Shown: positions 17,742 to 27,141 of the stretch, piece after piece | How the letters are laid out: each line of letters opens with the position of its first letter | Numbering within the stretch: position 1 is the stretch's first letter | NCBI GenBank assembly: GCA_021163765.1 | Contig: JAGGTK010000099.1 | Coordinates: 80,089-144,088 of the forward strand | Origin: a bacterium | Lineage (GTDB): Bacteria > 4484-113 | DNA: 64,000 nt | Direction: 5' to 3' | Notes under the pieces: model-generated | Databases searched by the model: none | Seen by the model: the letters and a program-made list of their open reading frames with translations, nothing else | What the model was told of the DNA's origin: nothing | Made by a program: the position numbers and the translations under genes

Positions 17742-18407
17742 TTAATTCAGATTGGGGTTTTCGACGGGCGGCACCTGCATAAGTACCCGGTTGAGCTTCC
17801 AGAGCCTTGCCATTTCCTGGCGCATGAGTTCGTAGCGCTTAATGAGGTCGTCCTGATTCAGCCACTCCTGCTTTTTGTGCGCGTCAGCGGGGAGGAACGC
17901 GGCTACCGCATTTACCAGTGTGCCGAAGAACTCGCGCCATTTCTCAGGTTTTGGCAGCGCAACCACCGGACGCTCTTTGGTCAGTTTGAATCGCTGAACC
18001 AGCTCTACGATATCGTTCAGCGTCTTGCGGAACTGTTCGGGCGAGGTAACGTGCAAATGGTCTGTCAAGACGGAAATGTTAGCCAGCGGATAAGGGCGAT
18101 GCCTGGTGACTCGGTTGATGCGGGCGCGGTATAGCCCAAGCATGGTTACATTGCACGAGCCGGAAGCGCAGGCTGTAAGCTCGATTATGCGGCCAAATGA
18201 ACCGAGCCGGGCGTATGGCTCGGGTTCATCCTCAGAGATAAGGCGCTTGGCCAGGAACACACCGACCGGCAACCTCTGGGACTGCGCCGTGAGGAACAAC
18301 TCCTGGTGATGGGGCAACGTCAGTTCGAGATCCATGAAGGTGTGCGGGAAGAACACAGTCTCCGGCAGCGCCAGGAAGGGCAGGTTGGTTGTGCGGTGCG
18401 TGCTCAT
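17742..18407 (-). CDS. Lon N-terminal (LON substrate-binding) domain-only protein
   Basis: LPFLALPETVFFPHTFMDLEL resembles the LPLFPLxxxVLFP start of Lon N-domains. No AAA+ or protease domain. The start overlaps the fetB stop (ATGA). Confidence 0.6.
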   Translation of the reverse strand: MSTHRTTNLPFLALPETVFFPHTFMDLELTLPHHQELFLTAQSQRLPVGVFLAKRLISEDEPEPYARLGSFGRIIELTACASGSCNVTMLGLYRARINRVTRHRPYPLANISVLTDHLHVTSPEQFRKTLNDIVELVQRFKLTKERPVVALPKPEKWREFFGTLVNAVAAFLPADAHKKQEWLNQDDLIKRYELMRQEMARLWKLNRVLMQVPPVENPNLN

Positions 18408-19207
18408 CGGCGAAACCTCGCTAGCTCGTCGTATCTAAGCTGGTGGCGCGGCGTAAAGAAGCTGCGAATCCGGACGAAAGCAATGCCAACCGCCGTAAGC
18501 GTGGCTCCGGCGGTGAGCATGTACATCACTACTATCTGGTATTTGGCGGCTTCGATTGCGGGCAGCCCGGCAAGCACCTGGCCTCCGAAGATGCCCGGTA
18601 TGTGCACCAGGCCGACCATCAAGAGCGCCGTGATTGTCGGTACCATACCGGTTCTAACCGCCTCCACCACTGCCGGATGGGCCGCCTCGCGCGCACTCGC
18701 GCCCAGAGCAAGCTTCGTTTCAACAATCGCCAGGTTGTCGTGAAGTAATTTACCCAGGCTGCGCTGCACCAGCAATCCGGCAGTAACCGAGTTGCCAATA
18801 AGCATTCCACCGAACGGAATGATGTACTGCGGTTGGTACCACGGCTTCGCCGCCAGGATCCATTTGCCGATAGGCAGCGTCACGCCCACGAAGACAATTG
18901 CGAGGACAGCGGCAAAAAGCCAGAAGGTGCTGAGCCTTCGGGGTGTGTCAATCAGGTATGCGTTTGCGGCACCGGCAACGATCATCGCAAGGAACACAAG
19001 GGTCGTCACCCAGGGGTTCTGAACGTCAAAGACGATGTCCAGGACAAAGCCCAGCAGAACCAGCTGGGCGAAAGCGCGGACGCCGCCGATGATAATGTCG
19101 CCCTCCGCTCCCAGCCGTAGGAACCGGGATACGATGAGCGCCACCAGTACGAATCCGGCGGCGTATCCCACCTGCAGCCATCCGACGGAGATGAAATCAG
19201 CGGGCAA
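18404..19207 (-). CDS. fetB: UPF0014/YbbM-family ABC permease (iron export FetB-like)
   Basis: Colinear with E. coli FetB by eye: IIPFGGMLIGNSV..., LALGASAREAAHPAVVEAVRTGMVPTI, AAKYQIVVMYML, RHQL near the C-terminus. Confidence 0.75.
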   Translation of the reverse strand: MPADFISVGWLQVGYAAGFVLVALIVSRFLRLGAEGDIIIGGVRAFAQLVLLGFVLDIVFDVQNPWVTTLVFLAMIVAGAANAYLIDTPRRLSTFWLFAAVLAIVFVGVTLPIGKWILAAKPWYQPQYIIPFGGMLIGNSVTAGLLVQRSLGKLLHDNLAIVETKLALGASAREAAHPAVVEAVRTGMVPTITALLMVGLVHIPGIFGGQVLAGLPAIEAAKYQIVVMYMLTAGATLTAVGIAFVRIRSFFTPRHQLRYDELARFRR

Positions 19208-19877
19208 CGCTTTCCAGCCTCCCCTTTTCCATCTGGAGTATGCGGTCCGTGATTCGAAGGTGCTGCTGTATGTGGCTGGTTAATATCGTGCTCAGGTTTT
19301 CCTTGTGACAGATTTCGGCGATGAGCTCGGTGATGTGTTCAGCATTCTCCTGGTCCAGCGCGGATGTAGGTTCGTCCAGCAGCAAGACCTGAGGTCGCAG
19401 AGCCAGGGCGCGCGCGAGTGCCAGGCGCTGTTTCTCTCCCACTGACAGGCTCACGGCTTCGTTGTCAATAAGGTCGCGCGGCAACCTCACCTTGTCGAGC
19501 AGTGTGCTGATGTCCGCTGGCGGAGTTAAGTCCCGGTGCAGGTTGAATACGTAGCGCAAATTATCCTCGACGCTGCCCGCCAGTGCGACCGGGATCTGGG
19601 GGAGAAGGCAAACGTGACGCCGGTATTCCTGCATGTCGATTTCGTTCCAGTCTCTGCCGGAGAACCACACTTTGCCGCTATCCGGTTCCTGCAGCCGGCA
19701 TAGCACCCGCATCAGTGTGGACTTGCCGCAACCGGATTGGCCGGCGAGTCCCAGGATTTCGCCGCGCAACAAGGTGAAACTCACATCATCCAGCAGGAGT
19801 GTCGCGCTGTTGGCCGACTTATTGGGGCTTGGCACGGTAACGCGAAGGTTTTCCGCCCTGAGTATGCCTGTGTTCAT
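19197..19877 (-). CDS. fetA: ABC transporter ATP-binding protein (FetA/YbbL-like)
   Basis: Walker A GQSGCGKST, signature LSVGEKQRLALARAL, Walker B LLLDEPTSALD. Start set to ATG 19877 (MNTGILRAENL), which forms an ATGA overlap with the upstream stop. Confidence 0.75.
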   Translation of the reverse strand: MNTGILRAENLRVTVPSPNKSANSATLLLDDVSFTLLRGEILGLAGQSGCGKSTLMRVLCRLQEPDSGKVWFSGRDWNEIDMQEYRRHVCLLPQIPVALAGSVEDNLRYVFNLHRDLTPPADISTLLDKVRLPRDLIDNEAVSLSVGEKQRLALARALALRPQVLLLDEPTSALDQENAEHITELIAEICHKENLSTILTSHIQQHLRITDRILQMEKGRLESVAR

Positions 19878-20827
19878 TCCCCGTCCTGTTGAGCCTGCAA
19901 GTCCAGCAGGCAATACGTCAATAGCGGGAATAGGATCTCCAGGTTGCCTGTGAAGGCGTATCCTTTACCGTGTGGGAGCGTTGGCCTGCGCACGATGTTT
20001 TCCTGCGGGCGATAATGCTGGATCATATCGAGGTTTACCGCGGTGAAGTCCGCAACTTTGTGGCCGAGGTTGCGAGCTATCGAAAGGCATTTCAGGAACA
20101 CTTCGGGCAGCACCACGGCTGAGCCCACGTTGAGAATGACGCCGCCTTCCAGTTCGCAAACGGTCGCGGCGAGCTTGCGAAAATCGATTTCCGTTGCCTT
20201 GCCCGTCGCGGCGCCATCGGCGCTGGGGTGCATATGGATAATGTCCGTGCCATATGCCACGTGCACTGTGAGCTGGGTTCCGCTCTTATAGCAGAAGTGC
20301 GCCAATGACAGCTCTGCAAAAGGCAAAGCGCTGTCCGCAACCTTGCGCCCGACGGCAGAGCCGATGCCTTCGCCGCTGTTTGCGCCCTCTGCGATTGCGG
20401 CGTTAAGGAACTCAGCGGTTTCCTTAGCCATCCCGAAACTCCCGTCCTGAATCGCTTCAGCAACATCTTCGCTGGTTTCGCCGATCATCGCTAGCTCCGT
20501 GTCGTGAATGATGCCGGCTCCATTCATTACGACGCACGTCACCAGCCCGGCATCAATGAGCCGGCAGATGTAGGGTCCCATGCCTATCTTGATCTGATGG
20601 GCACCGATTGCAAGGATGATCTTCTTGCCAGCACGCGATGCCGCGATTACGCGCGCGCACATCTCCTTGAGATCCCGCGCCCGCAGGATGTCCGGCAGCG
20701 ACTGAAGGAAGCGTGCGAACTCGCCATGCGGAGTAAACACTTCACCGAAGAGCTCCTTCTTCACGATGTTCTTCCGATGGCTAAGCGGGTATGTATGCAC
20801 CTTTCCGAGGTCGATTGGCTCCGTCAT
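19874..20827 (-). CDS. Deoxyhypusine-synthase-like (DHS-like NAD-binding fold) protein, tentative
   Basis: Segment VVMNGAGIIHDTELAMIGETSEDV resembles the archaeal/bacterial DHS-family STGANLVHD region. AAAGGAG SD. Assignment made by eye only. Confidence 0.35.
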   Translation of the reverse strand: MTEPIDLGKVHTYPLSHRKNIVKKELFGEVFTPHGEFARFLQSLPDILRARDLKEMCARVIAASRAGKKIILAIGAHQIKIGMGPYICRLIDAGLVTCVVMNGAGIIHDTELAMIGETSEDVAEAIQDGSFGMAKETAEFLNAAIAEGANSGEGIGSAVGRKVADSALPFAELSLAHFCYKSGTQLTVHVAYGTDIIHMHPSADGAATGKATEIDFRKLAATVCELEGGVILNVGSAVVLPEVFLKCLSIARNLGHKVADFTAVNLDMIQHYRPQENIVRRPTLPHGKGYAFTGNLEILFPLLTYCLLDLQAQQDGE

Positions 20828-20939
20828 AGTGGCTCCTTTTCCTTCCGTTCTCAGCTTACAGGATGCAGGGGTATTTCACAAGTGGCGGTGCTGTAGCGCT
20901 GCGGCGGGTGTCAGCTGGCCAAACAGTTCCGAGAAAAGG

Positions 20940-22238
20940 CTAGAAATACTTGTGCTTGATGGCGTACTCCTGGAGCTCCTCGCGGAAGTCGGGATGCGCC
21001 AGCTCAATGAGTGCCTTAGCGCGCTGCCGGCGGTTCATTCCGAAGAGGTTCACCATTCCAAACTCGGTGCAAACCCACCGCACATCAGCGCGCGTATCCG
21101 TCACGCCGGCGCCTTCCCTGAGCGATCCCACAATTCGCGAGAACTTACCGCCCTTGGCTGTGGCTGGCATGGCGATTACGGGTACGCCGCCCTTGCTGCG
21201 GGCAGCGCCCCGGATGAAGTCGAGCTGACCGCCAAAGCCGGAATATATGGAAGTCCCTATGGAATCGGAGTTTACCTGGCCCGTGAGGTCAATCGACAGG
21301 CATGAGTTGAGGGCGACCATTTTGTCGTTCTGGGCTATGATAAACGGGTCGTTTGTGTATTCCACAGGATGGGCTTCGATGAACGGATTGTTGTCCACGT
21401 AATCGTAGAGCTTCTCACTGCCCATCAGGAAACAGCAGATGACTTTGCCCTGATGAATAGTTTTTTTCTCTCCCGTGATGACTCCGAGCTCCATCAGTTC
21501 CATCGCGCCGTCACTGAACATCTCCGTATGAATGCCCAGGTCGCGCTTCTCCTTCAGGAAGAACAGCACTGCGTCCGGAATGGCACCAATGCCCATCTGC
21601 ATCGTGCTGCCATCCTCGATGTGCTCGGCGATTCTGCGCCCGATTTCGTGGGAGACCTCATCAATGTCGCCCGCGTGGTACTCGTATAGCGGGTGGTCAA
21701 CTTCAACGATACGGTGTAGCTTGCTGATGTGGACGAATGAATCTCCGAGAATCCGGGGCATTCGCGGGTTGATCTCGGCGATTACGTACTTGGAAGAGCG
21801 AATCGCCGCAAGTGTCATCTCGACTCCAACGCCCAGGCTGCAGAAGCCGTGCTCATCGGGTGGTGATACCTGCACCAGAGACACGTCCAGCGGAAGGATG
21901 TTCTCGTAGAAAAGCTTGGGGATCTCATACAGGAAAATCGGGATCCAGTCGGCCCGCCCCTCGTTGACTGCCTGGCGCACATTGTAGCCGCAGAACAAGG
22001 CGTTGTGGCGGAAATGGCCCTCCATTTCCGGATCGGCGTAGGGGCAGTCGCCGAACGTCAGGATGTGGATTATCTCCACGTTCTCCACCCGGTGGCGAAT
22101 GTCTACCAGGTGATCGACCAGGACTTTCGGTGTGGCAGTCCCGGGGTGGATATACACCCGCATTCCGGATTCGATGACGGATAGCGCTTGCTCGGCAGGG
22201 GTGACTTTGTCCTTGTACTTCTGAAGCCACGTGAACAT
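20940..22238 (-). CDS. Acetyl-CoA hydrolase/transferase family protein (4-hydroxybutyrate CoA-transferase-like)
   Basis: 432 aa. Overall resemblance to the AbfT/Cat2 family, with a central MQMGIGAIPDAV-type segment and C-terminal SGFGGQLDFIRGA. Confidence 0.7.
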   Translation of the reverse strand: MFTWLQKYKDKVTPAEQALSVIESGMRVYIHPGTATPKVLVDHLVDIRHRVENVEIIHILTFGDCPYADPEMEGHFRHNALFCGYNVRQAVNEGRADWIPIFLYEIPKLFYENILPLDVSLVQVSPPDEHGFCSLGVGVEMTLAAIRSSKYVIAEINPRMPRILGDSFVHISKLHRIVEVDHPLYEYHAGDIDEVSHEIGRRIAEHIEDGSTMQMGIGAIPDAVLFFLKEKRDLGIHTEMFSDGAMELMELGVITGEKKTIHQGKVICCFLMGSEKLYDYVDNNPFIEAHPVEYTNDPFIIAQNDKMVALNSCLSIDLTGQVNSDSIGTSIYSGFGGQLDFIRGAARSKGGVPVIAMPATAKGGKFSRIVGSLREGAGVTDTRADVRWVCTEFGMVNLFGMNRRQRAKALIELAHPDFREELQEYAIKHKYF

Positions 22239-22241
22239 GAA

Positions 22242-23366
22242 CTACTTGGCCTCCTGTGACGTTGTCGCATTTGCACGCTTCTGATGATGCAGCTCGTGCA
22301 GTGGCGGGTGAAGGATCTTTCCCTCAACGATGAACGCTCCGGACCGGAAGATTTCGCGCTCCTCGACCACTTTCAGTGGCTCACTTGCCGCTCCTAGCTG
22401 GCAGAGCAAGGGGGTAAGCGCGTTGCTGTGGGCACGCGAAGCGGTTCGGGCTACGTTGCTCGTGAGGTTGGGCACGCAGTAATGCAACACCCCGTCCACC
22501 GTATAAACGGGATTCGAAAGCGTGGTCGGGCGGCTGCTTTCGGCAATGCCCCCCTGATCGATTGCCGCGTCGATGATTAGTGCGCGCGGCATCATCTCCT
22601 TCAGCATGTCGTTGGTGATGAGCTTGGGGGCGGTCTCACCCGGCTTGTGGGCTGCGCCGATGATGACGTCCGCAAAAGACACGAGCTTGCGTATTGAACG
22701 TTCGGTGCTTATCAGCGTGTTGATTTGGCCAAGGAAATCCCGGTCTAGCCGCTGGAGCTTGCGGAAATCAGCGTCGAGAACGAGGACTGAGACGCCAGCC
22801 TGAATAAGAGTGAGGGCCGCGTGGTATCCGAAAACTCCGCCTCCAATGATGCCGGCGACGGCTGCGGGGACACCAGGTGTGCCGATAAGGAGCTTGCCCC
22901 GCCCGCCCTCGCAAGTTTCCATGTATCTGGCGGCGATTTGTGGCATCATGCGCCCGCCGATTTCGCTCGCCGGGGCGCGAAGGGGTGCGCAGTCACCCTC
23001 AGTCATCTCCTCATAGCAGAGAGTCGTCACCTTCCTTTCCGTAAGGGCGCCGAGGAGGGACTTCGGTGCCACCAGCAGGTGCATGAATGCGCCAATAATC
23101 TGGTCTTCGCGGATAAGGTCGTACTCCCGCGGTGTGGGGGCCTTTATTTTGCAGAGCACATCCGCGCGTCCGTAGACTTCCTCAGCTGAGAAAACGATTT
23201 CCGCGCCGCAAGCGTGGTATTCGCTGTCCGGGAAGCCGGCATCATTACCGCAGTTCTTCTCGCAGTAAACTCTGTGGCCCGCATTGGTCAAGACCCTAAC
23301 GCCTGTGGGAGTGAGCCCGACGCGGTACTCGTCGGATCGGACCTCCTTGGGAACGCCAAAATCCAT
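22242..23366 (-). CDS. ald: Alanine dehydrogenase
   Basis: MDFGVPKEVRSDEYRVGLTP N-terminus, NAD fold IIGGGVFGYHAALTLIQAGVSVLVLD, VIIGAAHKPGETAPKLI, IDAAIDQGG, YCVPNL. Confidence 0.85.
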   Translation of the reverse strand: MDFGVPKEVRSDEYRVGLTPTGVRVLTNAGHRVYCEKNCGNDAGFPDSEYHACGAEIVFSAEEVYGRADVLCKIKAPTPREYDLIREDQIIGAFMHLLVAPKSLLGALTERKVTTLCYEEMTEGDCAPLRAPASEIGGRMMPQIAARYMETCEGGRGKLLIGTPGVPAAVAGIIGGGVFGYHAALTLIQAGVSVLVLDADFRKLQRLDRDFLGQINTLISTERSIRKLVSFADVIIGAAHKPGETAPKLITNDMLKEMMPRALIIDAAIDQGGIAESSRPTTLSNPVYTVDGVLHYCVPNLTSNVARTASRAHSNALTPLLCQLGAASEPLKVVEEREIFRSGAFIVEGKILHPPLHELHHQKRANATTSQEAK

Positions 23367-23448
23367 ACCACTCCTCCTGAAGATTACATGTGAAGCATAT
23401 CACATAAGGCTGCCGGATAAAAGCCCAGACATTTCAGCCGCTAAACCG

Positions 23449-23457
23449 TGCTAGAAT
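23449..23457 (+). promoter_or_regulatory. Extended -10 box TGCTAGAAT
   Basis: Lies in the divergent ald/epimerase intergenic region, 30 nt before ATG 23488. Confidence 0.4.
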
Positions 23458-23487
23458 ACCAGAGACCACGCTCTGAGACAACATATC

Positions 23488-24429
23488 ATGGCACGATTCC
23501 TCGTTTCGGGAGGGGCCGGTTTTATCGGCTCGAACTTGGTCAGGCGCCTGCTCGCTGCTGGAGAGCGTGTGCGGGTGATAGATGACCTGTCGACCGGCCG
23601 GCTGGAAAACCTGGCGGATATCCTGCCAGACATCGAATTGCATCAGGATACGGTATGCGACCTGAAAGCCTGCCGGCGTGCGCTTGAGGGTGTGGACTAC
23701 GTGCTGCACCAGGCTGCGCTCGGGAGCGTTCCCCGCTCGGTCGAGGACCCGCTGGCGTCCAACGAAGCCAACGTAACCGGCACGCTGAACATGCTGATTG
23801 CCGCCCGGGACGCCGGGGTCCGACGATTCGTTTGTGCAGGGAGCAGCAGCATCTACGGCGATACGCAGGTGCTTCCCAAGGCCGAGGCGATGGCTCCGAA
23901 TCCCATTTCACCTTACGGAGTGACAAAGGTGGCCAAGACGCACTATTGCCACGTCTTCTCGCAGGTTTACGGGCTCCCTACGGTAGTGCTTCATTACTTC
24001 AACGTGTACGGCCCCCGGCAGGACCCGCATTCTGCGTATGCGGCGGTCATCCCGCGATTTGTGAGCGCACTGATGCGGGGCGAACGCGCCGTCATTTATG
24101 GAAACGGGCTTCAAACAAGGGATTTCACCTACATAGACGACTGCGTCCAGGCGAATCTGCTGGCCTGCGAAGCGGGCGAGGAAGCGGACGGGGAAGCTTT
24201 CAACGTATCGTACGGGGAGCAGGTTACTATTCGTACTGTCCATAACATCATCTGCGAACTCCTCGAAGTGGACTCAGAGCCTGAGTATGCCGATCCCCGG
24301 GCGGGCGACGTGCGCGACTCGCTTGCTGATACCGTCAAGGCCCGCGAAATCCTGGGATACCAGCCGCAGTACGACATCCGCGCAGGTCTAAGTAAGGCCA
24401 TCAGTTGGTATCGGGAGCACCTGGATTAA
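23488..24429 (+). CDS. NAD-dependent sugar-nucleotide epimerase/dehydratase (WbpP/TviC-like extended SDR)
   Basis: FLVSGGAGFIGSNL Rossmann motif, SPYGVTK (YxxxK), FNVYGPRQDP. Confidence 0.8.
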   Translation: MARFLVSGGAGFIGSNLVRRLLAAGERVRVIDDLSTGRLENLADILPDIELHQDTVCDLKACRRALEGVDYVLHQAALGSVPRSVEDPLASNEANVTGTLNMLIAARDAGVRRFVCAGSSSIYGDTQVLPKAEAMAPNPISPYGVTKVAKTHYCHVFSQVYGLPTVVLHYFNVYGPRQDPHSAYAAVIPRFVSALMRGERAVIYGNGLQTRDFTYIDDCVQANLLACEAGEEADGEAFNVSYGEQVTIRTVHNIICELLEVDSEPEYADPRAGDVRDSLADTVKAREILGYQPQYDIRAGLSKAISWYREHLD

Positions 24430-24539
24430 ATGGGGAGTAGTCCTGTCGCTTCTTGCTGTCCATGCCTGTTCAACGCAGTGCTTGCAGACAGTGACAGGGG
24501 CCGCTCCGGTGGCAGTGGAATCCCCAAAGGCCCAATGAG

Positions 24540-25859
24540 ATGAGCTTCGTCAGACAGGGAGTCGGTACTCTGACTAGCCGCGCTATTGTTTTTGCGGCGG
24601 CATTCTTCTCGAACGTACTGATCGCCCGTTTCCTCGGGCCCACAGGCAAGGGACAGATCAGCTTGGTCATATTCACGATCACCATTCTGATCAACGTCGC
24701 GGCCCTGGGCATCCCTTCGGCGCTGGTTTTCCACGTGGGCCAGAAGCTCCACAACGCGCGTCGCCTCTTTGGCGCGGGTCTTGTCCTCTACTTCTTCGCG
24801 GTCATCGTTTTTACCGCAATCTACTTGGCTGCAATTCCTTACTTGCAGGGAACGATATTTTCCGATCTCCCGCCGTGGCTGATGTACCTTGTCTTGCTCG
24901 TCTTCCCGACAACTCTGGCCGCCCGCTACGCACAGCACATAGCTCTGGGATTACGACACGTATTTCATTACAACCTGGTGATGGTGATCGACCGCGTCGC
25001 CTACGTAGTGCTGCTCCTGCTCATCTTGTGGGGCTTCGAGCGAAGTGTGGCCGGTGTCGTATACGCCGAAGTGCTGGGCAGGCTGACAGCGTGCGTCGTG
25101 GCCGTATGCTTGCTGCTGGGTGCGCTCAAGCCGCTATTCACCTTTGGCAGAAGGGAGCTGGGCGCATTGCTCGGTTATGGCGTGCGGGCTCATCTGATGC
25201 TGGTGATAGCCCTCATCTCTTACCGGATCGGTCTGTACGTCCTGCGCTACTTCCATGATGCAGCTATTGTCGGCCAGTACTCCATCGCGCTCAATGTGGC
25301 CGAGGTGCTGCTCTTTATTCCCAACTCCTTTGGCATGATCCTGTTTGCGCGTACGAGTTCGAGCACTGATGAAGAGGCGAGTCGCTTCACGCCTATCGCC
25401 GCGCGCAACGTGCTCGCGCTGACTTTGGCGTCCGCGCTGGTGCTTGGGCTTGTGGCGCCGGTACTGGTTCCCTTGGTTTTTGGGCAGGCGTTCCGCCCCT
25501 CAATTGCCCTCTTCCTGGTTCTGCTACCCGGCGTAGTCACATTCGCGCTTTACAGAGTGCTGTCGTACGATTTAATCGGCCGAGGATTCCCGCTGCGCGT
25601 TTCGCTGGCATCCGGTGCGGGCCTGGTAGCAAATGTTAGTGTTGCCATACTGCTGGTTCCGCGGCTGGGAGCAATGGGCGCTGTGTGCGGCAACCTGGCA
25701 GGCTACGGGCTGACGACAATCATCATCACATATATCTTTCTACGGATGACGGGGAATCGGCTTTCTGACCTCATCCTCTGGAAGCGAGAGGACTTCAGGC
25801 ACTACCGTAACCTGCTGGCCAAGCTGCGCAATGGTGGCCCCAATCTGGATGGCGAGTAG
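24540..25859 (+). CDS. Polysaccharide/oligosaccharide flippase (MOP/Wzx family)
   Basis: 439 aa, roughly 12 or more hydrophobic segments. The N-terminus GTLTSRAIVFAAAFFSNVLIARFLGPTGKGQ is typical of Wzx-like proteins. Confidence 0.65.
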   Translation: MSFVRQGVGTLTSRAIVFAAAFFSNVLIARFLGPTGKGQISLVIFTITILINVAALGIPSALVFHVGQKLHNARRLFGAGLVLYFFAVIVFTAIYLAAIPYLQGTIFSDLPPWLMYLVLLVFPTTLAARYAQHIALGLRHVFHYNLVMVIDRVAYVVLLLLILWGFERSVAGVVYAEVLGRLTACVVAVCLLLGALKPLFTFGRRELGALLGYGVRAHLMLVIALISYRIGLYVLRYFHDAAIVGQYSIALNVAEVLLFIPNSFGMILFARTSSSTDEEASRFTPIAARNVLALTLASALVLGLVAPVLVPLVFGQAFRPSIALFLVLLPGVVTFALYRVLSYDLIGRGFPLRVSLASGAGLVANVSVAILLVPRLGAMGAVCGNLAGYGLTTIIITYIFLRMTGNRLSDLILWKREDFRHYRNLLAKLRNGGPNLDGE

Positions 25860-25864
25860 GGGCT

Positions 25865-27085
25865 TTGGCTCAGGCATCGAATGATATAATCCCGCCCGTG
25901 ACTGACCGACCGGTGAAAGTCCTGCAGGTTGCCGGGCTTGACCACGTCTTCAAAGCCTTCCTGAAGGCGCTGGTTGTGGCGATGCAGGCTGAAGGATGGC
26001 AGGTGGATGCAGCAGCATGTTCAACGGGGGACAGCCAGTTCCTGCGGGAACGCGATGTCCGTTTCTTTGAACTCCCTTATGGCAGGGCACGCAACATAAT
26101 CACCAACTTCCGCAGGTTCCAGGCGCTTGTCAAGCTCATCCGCCGCGAGCGTTACGACATCGTACACACGCATAATCCACTGGCGTCCTTCATCGGCCGA
26201 GCGGCGGCGAGATTTTGTAGAGTTCCGGTCGTCGTCTATACCGTGCACGGTTTCAGCTTTTACGAAGACGCATCGCGGCTGCGCTATCACTTGGGCCTTG
26301 CCGCCGAGCGCCTTGCAGGGCGCTGGACACACCTGACATTTTCCCAGAGCAGGGAGGACCACGATCTGGTCGTGCGCAAATGCATCACCCCGCCAGGACG
26401 GGCTTTGTGGATTGGCAACGGTGTCGACCCGGCGCTGTTCGATCCTCGTCGGTTTGGCAAGGAGCAGCGTGGGCGCACACGCGCATCGCTTGGTATTCCA
26501 GAGAACGCTCGAGTGGTCGGTATGCTTACGCGCCTTTCGCGGGAGAAAGGCATTCGCGAGTTTATAGAGGCTGGAGCGAGAGTCCTGTCCAGAATGCCCG
26601 ATGCCTGGTTCTGTATTGTCGGGGGGCGCCAGTCAGGGGCTTACTGGCATATGACGCTTGACGAGATCAGGTCACTGGCAGAAAGGCATGGGCTAGCTTC
26701 CCGGCTGGTGCTGCCCGGTCATCGAGAGGATGTGCCGGAGATTCTGGCAGCGCTGGATGTCTTTTGCCTTCCTTCATACCACGAGGGCCTGCCGCGCTCG
26801 ATTATTGAAGCAATGGCTATGGAGCTTCCTGTGGTCGCAACCGATGTTCGCGGTTGTCGGGAAGAAGTCGTGGATGGCGAGACGGGATTCCTGATTCCGG
26901 TGAGGGACTCCCGCGCACTTGCGGAAAAGCTGCTCCATATTCTGGAAAACCCACAGGTCGCCTCCGAGTTCGGGCGTCGAGCGCGTCGAATCGTACTGGA
27001 GGACTTTGTCGAGGAGGACGTTGTGCGCAAGCAGATCACGGCGATAAAGCAGGCGCTCGCCAGAGATGAGCGCGGAGATGACTGA
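25865..27085 (+). CDS. Glycosyltransferase family 4 (GT-B)
   Basis: C-terminal EGLPRSIIEAMAMELPVVATDVRGCREEVVDGETGFL (E-x7-E type motif). The start is TTG and uncertain; GTG 25913 is an alternative. Confidence 0.75.
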   Translation: MAQASNDIIPPVTDRPVKVLQVAGLDHVFKAFLKALVVAMQAEGWQVDAAACSTGDSQFLRERDVRFFELPYGRARNIITNFRRFQALVKLIRRERYDIVHTHNPLASFIGRAAARFCRVPVVVYTVHGFSFYEDASRLRYHLGLAAERLAGRWTHLTFSQSREDHDLVVRKCITPPGRALWIGNGVDPALFDPRRFGKEQRGRTRASLGIPENARVVGMLTRLSREKGIREFIEAGARVLSRMPDAWFCIVGGRQSGAYWHMTLDEIRSLAERHGLASRLVLPGHREDVPEILAALDVFCLPSYHEGLPRSIIEAMAMELPVVATDVRGCREEVVDGETGFLIPVRDSRALAEKLLHILENPQVASEFGRRARRIVLEDFVEEDVVRKQITAIKQALARDERGDD

Positions 27086-27141
27086 TAACAAGTGATGACT
27101 CGAGTGAGCCATCATTACGGCTCTCAGGCGCAAGCCGGCGG

